Source: Azolla caroliniana
Taxonomy: Eukaryota > Plantae > Polypodiophyta
Length of the DNA: 59,045 nt
Assembly: GCA_043228905.1 (NCBI GenBank)
Contig: JBHGNT010000180.1
Span: 1-59,045, forward strand
Direction: 5' to 3'
The stretch's first letter is position 1, and each line of letters opens with the position of its first letter. Of this stretch, positions 51,596 through 59,045 are shown in pieces. A program made the position numbers and the translations under genes. The notes beneath the pieces were generated by a model. It saw only the letters and a list, made by a program, of their open reading frames with translations. It did no database searches and had not been told where the DNA came from.

Positions 51596-54500
51596 AGATT
51601 TTGAAACTCAGGTCGAGAGACATGAAGAAATTACCAAATTTGAAGAGGGAGTTGAGAAGAGCGCGTGAATAAATTAAAATGTTCATACCTGGCTCGTGTG
51701 ATCCCGGATTTTTGTGTTAAAACATGCGAATGGAAGCTAACAATGCTAGCTATGATATAGAATTAGAAAATCAAGATTTTGAAGCTCAGGTCGAGAGACA
51801 TGAAGAAATTACCAAATTTGACGAGGGAGTTGAAAAGAGCGCGTGAGTAAATTAAAATGTTCATACCTGGCTCGTGTGATATCGGATTTTAGTGTTAAAA
51901 CATGCGAATGGAAGCTAAGAATGCTAGCTATGATATAGAATTAGAAAATCAAGATTTTGAAGCTCAAGTCAAGAGACATGAAGAAATTACCAAATTTGAC
52001 GAGGGAGTTGAAAAGAGCGCGTGAGTAAATTAAAATGTTCATAGCTGGCTCGTGTGATATCGGATTTTAGTGTTCAAACATGCGATTCGAAGCTAACAAT
52101 GCTACCTATGAGATGGAATTAAAAAACGAAGATTTTGAAACTCAGGTCGAGAGACATGAAGAAATTACCAAATTTGAGGAGGGAGTTGAGAAGAGCGCGT
52201 GAGTAAATTAACAACACTAGCTATAATATAGAATGAAGAAATCGAGATTCTGAAACTCAGGTCGAGAGACATGAAGAAATTGGCAAGTTAGAAGAGGGAG
52301 TTGAGAAGAGCGCGTGAGTAAATTAAAATGTTCATACCTGGCTCGTGTGATCCCAGATTTTTTTGTTCAAACATTTGATTCGAAGCTAACAACACTAGCT
52401 ATGATATAGAATTACAAAATCAAGATTTTGAAACTCAGGTCGAGAGACATGAAGAAATTACCAAATTTGTGTTCAAAGATGCGAATCGAAACTAACAACA
52501 CTAGCTATAATATAGAATGAAGAAATCGAGATTCTGAAACTCAGGTCGAGAGACATGAAGAAATTGGCAAGTTAGAAGAGGGAGTTGAGAAGAGCGCGTG
52601 AGTAAATTAAAATGTTCATACCTGGCTCGTGTGATCCCAGATTTTTTTGTTCAAACATGCGATTCGAAGCTAACAACACTAGCTATGATATAGAATTACA
52701 AAATCAAGATTTTGAAACTCAGGTCGAGAGACATGAAGAAATTACCAAATTTGAGGAGGGAGTTAAGAAGAGCGCCTGAGTAAATTAAAATGTTCATACC
52801 TGGCTCGTGTGATATCTGATTTCTATATTCAAACATGCGAATCGAAGCTAACAACGCTACCTATGATATGGAATTAAAAAATCAAGATTTTGAAACTCAG
52901 GTCGAGAGACATGAAGAAATTACCAAATTTGAGGAGGGAGTTGAGAAGAGCGCGTGAGTAAATTAAAATGTTCATACCTGGCTCGTGTTATCCCGGATTT
53001 CTGTGTTCAAAGATGTGAATCGAAGCTAACAACGCTACCTATAATATGGAATTAAGAAATCGAGATTTTGAAACTCAGGTCGAGAGACATGAAGAAATTA
53101 CCAAATTTGAAGAGGGAGTTGAGAAGAGCGCGTGAATAAATTAAAATGCTCATACCTAGCTCGTGTGATCCCGGATTTTTGTGTTCAAAGATGCTAATCG
53201 AAGCTAACAATGCTAGCTATGATATAGAATTAAAAAATCAAGATTTTAAAACTCAGGTCGAGAGACATGAAGAAATTACCAAATTTGAGGAGGGAGTTGA
53301 AAAGAGCGCGTGAGTAAATTAAAATGTTCATACGTGGCTCGTGTGATCCCGGATTTTCGTGTTCAAAGATGCGAATCGAAGCAAACAATACTAGCTATGA
53401 TATAGAATCAAAAAATCAAGATTTTGAAACTCAGGTCGAGAGACATCAAGAAATTGGCAAGTTAGAAGAGGGAGTTGAGAAGAGCCCGTGAGTAAATTAA
53501 AATGTTCATACCTGGCTCGTGTGATCCCGGATTTTTGTATTCAAAGATGCCCAATCGAAGCTAATAACACTAGCTATGATATAGAATAAAAAAAACAAGA
53601 TTTTGAAACTCAGTTCGAGAGACATGAAGAAATTGGCAAGTTAGAAGAGGGAGTTGAGAAGAGCCCGTGAGTAAATTAAAATGTTCATACCTGGCTCGTG
53701 TGATCCCGGATTTTTGTGTTAAAACATGCGAATGGAAGCTAACAATGCTAGCTATGATATAGAATTAAAAAATCAAGATTTTTAAGCTCAGGTCAAGAGA
53801 CATGAAGAAATTGGCAAGTTAGAAGAGGGAGTTTAGAAGAGCGCGTGAGTAAATTAAAATGTTCAAGATTTAAAAAATCAAGATTTTGAAACTCAAGTCG
53901 AGAGACATGAAGAAATTACTAAATTTGACGAGGGAGTTGAGAAGAGCGCGTGAGTAAATTAAAATGTTCATACCTGGCTCGTGTGATCCCGGATGTTTGT
54001 GTTAAAACATGCGAATGGAAGCTAACAATGCTAGCTATGATATAGAATTAGAAAATCAAGATTTTGAAGCTCAAGTCAAGAGACATGAAGAAATTACCAA
54101 ATTTGACGAGGGAGTTGAAAAGAGCGCGTGAGTAAATTAAAATGTTCATACCTGGCTCGTGTGATATCGGATTTTAGTGTTGAAAGATGCGAATCGAAGC
54201 TAATAACGCTACCTATAATATGGAATTAAAAAATTGAGATTTTGAAACTCAGGTCGAGAGACATGAAGAAATTACCAAATTTGAAGAGGGAGTTGAGAAG
54301 AGCGCGTGAGTAAATTAAAATGCTCATACCTGGCTCGTGTGATATCGGATTTTTATGTTCAAACACGCGATTCGAAGCTAACAATGCCACCTATGAGATG
54401 GAATTAAAAAAGGAAGATTTTGAAACTCAGGTCGAGAGACATGAAGAAATTACCAAATTTGAAGAGGGAGTTGAGAAGAGCGCGTGAATAAATTAAAATG

Positions 54501-57281
54501 TTCATACCTGGCTCGTGTGATCCCGGATTTTTGTGTTAAAACATGCGAATGGAAGCTAACAATGCTAGCTATGATATAGAATTAGAAAATCAAGATTTTG
54601 AAGCTCAGGTCGAGAGACATGAAGAAATTACCAAATTTGACGAGGGAGTTGAAAAGAGCGCGTGAGTAAATTAAAATGTTCATACCTGGCTCGTGTGATA
54701 TCGGATTTTAGTGTTAAAACATGCGAATGGAAGCTAAGAATGCTAGCTATGATATAGAATTAGAAAATCAAGATTTTGAAGCTCAAGTCAAGAGACATGA
54801 AGAAATTACCAAATTTGACGAGGGAGTTGAAAAGAGCGCGTGAGTAAATTAAAATGTTCATAGCTGGCTCGTGTGATATCGGATTTTAGTGTTCAAACAT
54901 GCGATTCGAAGCTAACAATGCTACCTATGAGATGGAATTAAAAAACGAAGATTTTGAAACTCAGGTCGAGAGACATGAAGAAATTACCAAATTTGAGGAG
55001 GGAGTTGAGAAGAGCGCGTGAGTAAATTAACAACACTAGCTATAATATAGAATGAAGAAATCGAGATTCTGAAACTCAGGTCGAGAGACATGAAGAAATT
55101 GGCAAGTTAGAAGAGGGAGTTGAGAAGAGCGCGTGAGTAAATTAAAATGTTCATACCTGGCTCGTGTGATCCCAGATTTTTTTGTTCAAACATTTGATTC
55201 GAAGCTAACAACACTAGCTATGATATAGAATTACAAAATCAAGATTTTGAAACTCAGGTCGAGAGACATGAAGAAATTACCAAATTTGTGTTCAAAGATG
55301 CGAATCGAAACTAACAACACTAGCTATAATATAGAATGAAGAAATCGAGATTCTGAAACTCAGGTCGAGAGACATGAAGAAATTGGCAAGTTAGAAGAGG
55401 GAGTTGAGAAGAGCGCGTGAGTAAATTAAAATGTTCATACCTGGCTCGTGTGATCCCAGATTTTTTTGTTCAAACATGCGATTCGAAGCTAACAACACTA
55501 GCTATGATATAGAATTACAAAATCAAGATTTTGAAACTCAGGTCGAGAGACATGAAGAAATTACCAAATTTGAGGAGGGAGTTAAGAAGAGCGCCTGAGT
55601 AAATTAAAATGTTCATACCTGGCTCGTGTGATATCTGATTTCTATATTCAAACATGCGAATCGAAGCTAACAACGCTACCTATGATATGGAATTAAAAAA
55701 TCAAGATTTTGAAACTCAGGTCGAGAGACATGAAGAAATTACCAAATTTGAGGAGGGAGTTGAGAAGAGCGCGTGAGTAAATTAAAATGTTCATACCTGG
55801 CTCGTGTTATCCCGGATTTCTGTGTTCAAAGATGTGAATCGAAGCTAACAACGCTACCTATAATATGGAATTAAGAAATCGAGATTTTGAAACTCAGGTC
55901 GAGAGACATGAAGAAATTACCAAATTTGAAGAGGGAGTTGAGAAGAGCGCGTGAATAAATTAAAATGCTCATACCTAGCTCGTGTGATCCCGGATTTTTG
56001 TGTTCAAAGATGCTAATCGAAGCTAACAATGCTAGCTATGATATAGAATTAAAAAATCAAGATTTTAAAACTCAGGTCGAGAGACATGAAGAAATTACCA
56101 AATTTGAGGAGGGAGTTGAAAAGAGCGCGTGAGTAAATTAAAATGTTCATACGTGGCTCGTGTGATCCCGGATTTTCGTGTTCAAAGATGCGAATCGAAG
56201 CAAACAATACTAGCTATGATATAGAATCAAAAAATCAAGATTTTGAAACTCAGGTCGAGAGACATCAAGAAATTGGCAAGTTAGAAGAGGGAGTTGAGAA
56301 GAGCCCGTGAGTAAATTAAAATGTTCATACCTGGCTCGTGTGATCCCGGATTTTTGTATTCAAAGATGCCCAATCGAAGCTAATAACACTAGCTATGATA
56401 TAGAATAAAAAAAACAAGATTTTGAAACTCAGTTCGAGAGACATGAAGAATTTGGCAAGTTAGAAGAGGGAGTTGAGAAGAGCCCGTGAGTAAATTAAAA
56501 TGTTCATACCTGGCTCGTGTGATCCCGGATTTTTGTGTTAAAACATGCGAATGGAAGCTAACAATGCTAGCTATGATATAGAATTAAAAAATCAAGATTT
56601 TTAAGCTCAGGTCAAGAGACATGAAGAAATTGGCATGTTAGAAGAGGGAGTTTAGAAGAGCGCGTGAGTAAATTAAAATGTTCAAGATTTAAAAAATCAA
56701 GATTTTGAAACTCAAGTCGAGAGACATGAAGAAATTACTAAATTTGACGAGGGAGTTGAGAAGAGCGCGTGAGTAAATTAAAATGTTCATACCTGGCTCG
56801 TGTGATCCCGGATGTTTGTGTTAAAACATGCGAATGGAAGCTAACAATGCTAGCTATGATATAGAATTAGAAAATCAAGATTTTGAAGCTCAAGTCAAGA
56901 GACATGAAGAAATTACCAAATTTGACGAGGGAGTTGAAAAGAGCGCGTGAGTAAATTAAAATGTTCATACCTGGCTCGTGTGATATCGGATTTTAGTGTT
57001 GAAAGATGCGAATCGAAGCTAATAACGCTACCTATAATATGGAATTAAAAAATTGAGATTTTGAAACTCAGGTCGAGAGACATGAAGAAATTACCAAATT
57101 TGAAGAGGGAGTTGAGAAGAGCGCGTGAGTAAATTAAAATGCTCATACCTGGCTCGTGTGATATCGGATTTTTATGTTCAAACACGCGATTCGAAGCTAA
57201 CAATGCCACCTATGAGATGGAATTAAAAAAGGAAGATTTTGAAACTCAGGTCGAGAGACATGAAGAAATTACCAAATTTGA
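51596..57281 (+). repeat. Head-to-tail tandem duplication of a 17-monomer unit (2,819 bp) containing three truncated monomers
   Basis: atagctgg at 52041 and 54860; junctions at 52211/55030, 52469/55288, 53865/56684. Arithmetic: 17x178-63-72-73+1 = 2819. Confidence 0.94.
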
Positions 57282-57780
57282 GGAGGGAGTTGAGAAGAGC
57301 GCGTGAGTAAATTAAAATGTTCATACCTGGCTCGTGTGATCCCGGATTTTTGTGTTAAAACATCCGAATGGAAGCTAACAATGGTAGCTATGATATAGAA
57401 TTAAAAAATCAAGATTTTGAAGCTCAGGTCAAGAGAGATGAAGAAATTACCAAATTTGACGAGGGAGTTGAAAAGAGCGCGTGAGTAAATTAAAATGTTT
57501 ATACCTGGCTCGTGTGGTCCCGGATTTCTGTGTTCAAAGATGTGAATCGAAGCTAACAACGCTACCTATAATATGGAATTAAGAAATCGAGATTTTGAAA
57601 CTCAGGTCGAGAGACATGAAGAAATTACCAAATTTGAAGAGGGAGTTGAGAAGAGCGCGTGAGTAAATTAAAATCCTCATACCTGGCTCGTGTGATATCG
57701 GATTTTTGTGTTCAAACATGCGATTCGAAGCTAACTATGCTACCTATGAGATGGAATTAAAAAACGAAGATTTTGAAACT

Positions 57781-59045
57781 CAGGTCGAGAGACATACGAA
57801 ATTACCAAGTTTGACGAGGGAGTTGAGAAGAGCGCGTGAGTAAATTAAAATGTTCATACCTGGCTCGTGTGATATCGGATTTCTATATTCAAACATGCGA
57901 ATCGAAGCTAACAATGCTACCTATGATACGGATTTAAAAAATCAAGATTTTAAAACTCAGGTCGAGAGACATGAAGAAATTACCAAATTTGAGGAGGGAG
58001 TTGAGAAGAGCGCGTGAGTAAATTAAAATGTTCATACCTGGCTCGTGTGATATCAGATTTTAGTGTTCGAAGATGCGAATCGAAGCTAACAACACTAGCT
58101 ATGATATAAAATGAAGAAATCGAGATTTTGAAACTCAGGTCGAGAGACATGAAGAAATTGGCAAGTTACAAGAGGGAGTTGAGAAGAGCGCCTGAGTAAA
58201 TTAAAATGTTCATACCTGGCCCACGTGATCCCGGATTTCTGTGTTCAAAGTTGTGAATCGAAGATAACAAAACTAGCTATGATATAGAATCAAAAAATCA
58301 AGATTTTGAAACTCATGTCGAGAAACATGAAGAAATTACCAAATTTGAGGAGGGTGTTGAGAAGAGCGCGTGAGTAAATTAAAATGTTCATACCTCGTGA
58401 ATGGAAGCTAACAATGCTTGCTATGATATAGAATTAAAAAATCAAGATTTTGAAGCTCAGGTCGAGAGACATAAAGAAATTACCAAATTTGACGAGGGAG
58501 TTGAGAAGAGCGCGTGAGTAAATTAAAATGTTCATACCTGGCTCGTGTGATATCAGATTTTAGTGTTCAAAGATGCGAATCGAAGCTAATAACGCTACCT
58601 ATGATATGGAATTAAAAAATCGAGATTTTGAAACTCAGGTCGAGAGACATAAAGAAATTACCAAATTTGACGAGGGAGTTGAGAAGAGTGCGTGAGTAAA
58701 TTAAAATGTTCATACCTGGCTCGTGTGATATCAGATTTTAGTGTTCAAAGATGCGAATCGAAGCTAACAACACTAACTATGATATAGAATCAAAAAATCA
58801 AGATTTTGAAACTCAGGTGGAGGGACATGAAGAAATTACCAAATTTGACGAGGGAGTTGAGAAGAATGCATGAGTAAATTAAAATGTTCATACCTTGCTC
58901 GTGTGATTCCGGATTTATGTGTTCAAAGATGCGAATCGAAGCTAACAACGCTACCTATAATATGGAATTAAGAAATCGAGATTTTGAAACTCAGGTCGAG
59001 AGACATGAAGAAATTACCAAATTTGAAGTGAGAGTTGAGAAGAGC
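57781..59045 (+). repeat. More diverged monomers at the right end
   Basis: Many variants not seen elsewhere: gacatacgaa, ccaagttt, gatacgg, ggcccacg, agttgtg, aagataac, gagggtgtt, gtggaggg, gaagaatgca, gaagtgag, plus a net 34-bp deletion near 58395. Confidence 0.85.

Larger units (their letters stand above)
1..59045 (+). repeat. Tandem satellite DNA array, 178-bp monomer, about 334.5 copies, all in one orientation
   Basis: Landmarks recur every 178 bp (ccaaatttga at 61, 239, 417; atgag/atgat at 1, 179). Approximate consensus: atgatatagaattaaaaaatcaagattttgaaactcaggtcgagagacatgaagaaattaccaaatttgaggagggagttgagaagagcgcgtgagtaaattaaaatgttcatacctggctcgtgtgatcccggatttttgtgttcaaagatgcgaatcgaagctaacaatgctacct. 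The array runs off both window ends. Confidence 0.99.

Noticed and set aside
52201-57281. Transposon insertion or inversion at the phase breaks
   Set aside because: Both sides of every junction are + strand satellite, and the indel budget closes exactly with no foreign sequence.
1-59045. CRISPR array (conserved part alternating with variable part)
   Set aside because: The variable parts are point variants of one sequence rather than unique spacers, the period is far too long, and there are no cas genes.
1-59045. Giant repeat-protein CDS
   Set aside because: 178 is not a multiple of 3, stops recur in every monomer (tgagtaaattaa), and the ORF track has nothing longer than 60 aa.

Overview
The whole window is one uninterrupted, single-orientation, head-to-tail satellite array with a 178-bp monomer (about 39% GC, about 334.5 copies). 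It resembles a eukaryotic (peri)centromeric or heterochromatic satellite, possibly from a plant, but I cannot assign a species or named family. I find no credible gene, RNA gene, transposon or CRISPR array, and no new gene-based system. The indels I could see (+1 x8, -15, -19 x2, -63 x2, -72 x2, -73 x2, -1, -34; net -496) account exactly for the phase at the window end (59045+496 = 334x178+89), so no hidden insert is needed. The interest lies in nested higher-order structure: four recurrent monomer classes, a 7.6-kb duplication offset by 19,051 bp (107 monomers), a 7/9/16/23-mer domain, a 53-mer (9,415 bp) tandem duplication, a 17-mer (2,819 bp) tandem duplication carrying a divergent cassette bounded by out-of-register junctions, and a diverged right end. 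One monomer class holds a 55-codon ORF spanning 168 of 178 bp, which is speculative. All comparisons were made by eye from diagnostic variants; boundaries are approximate.
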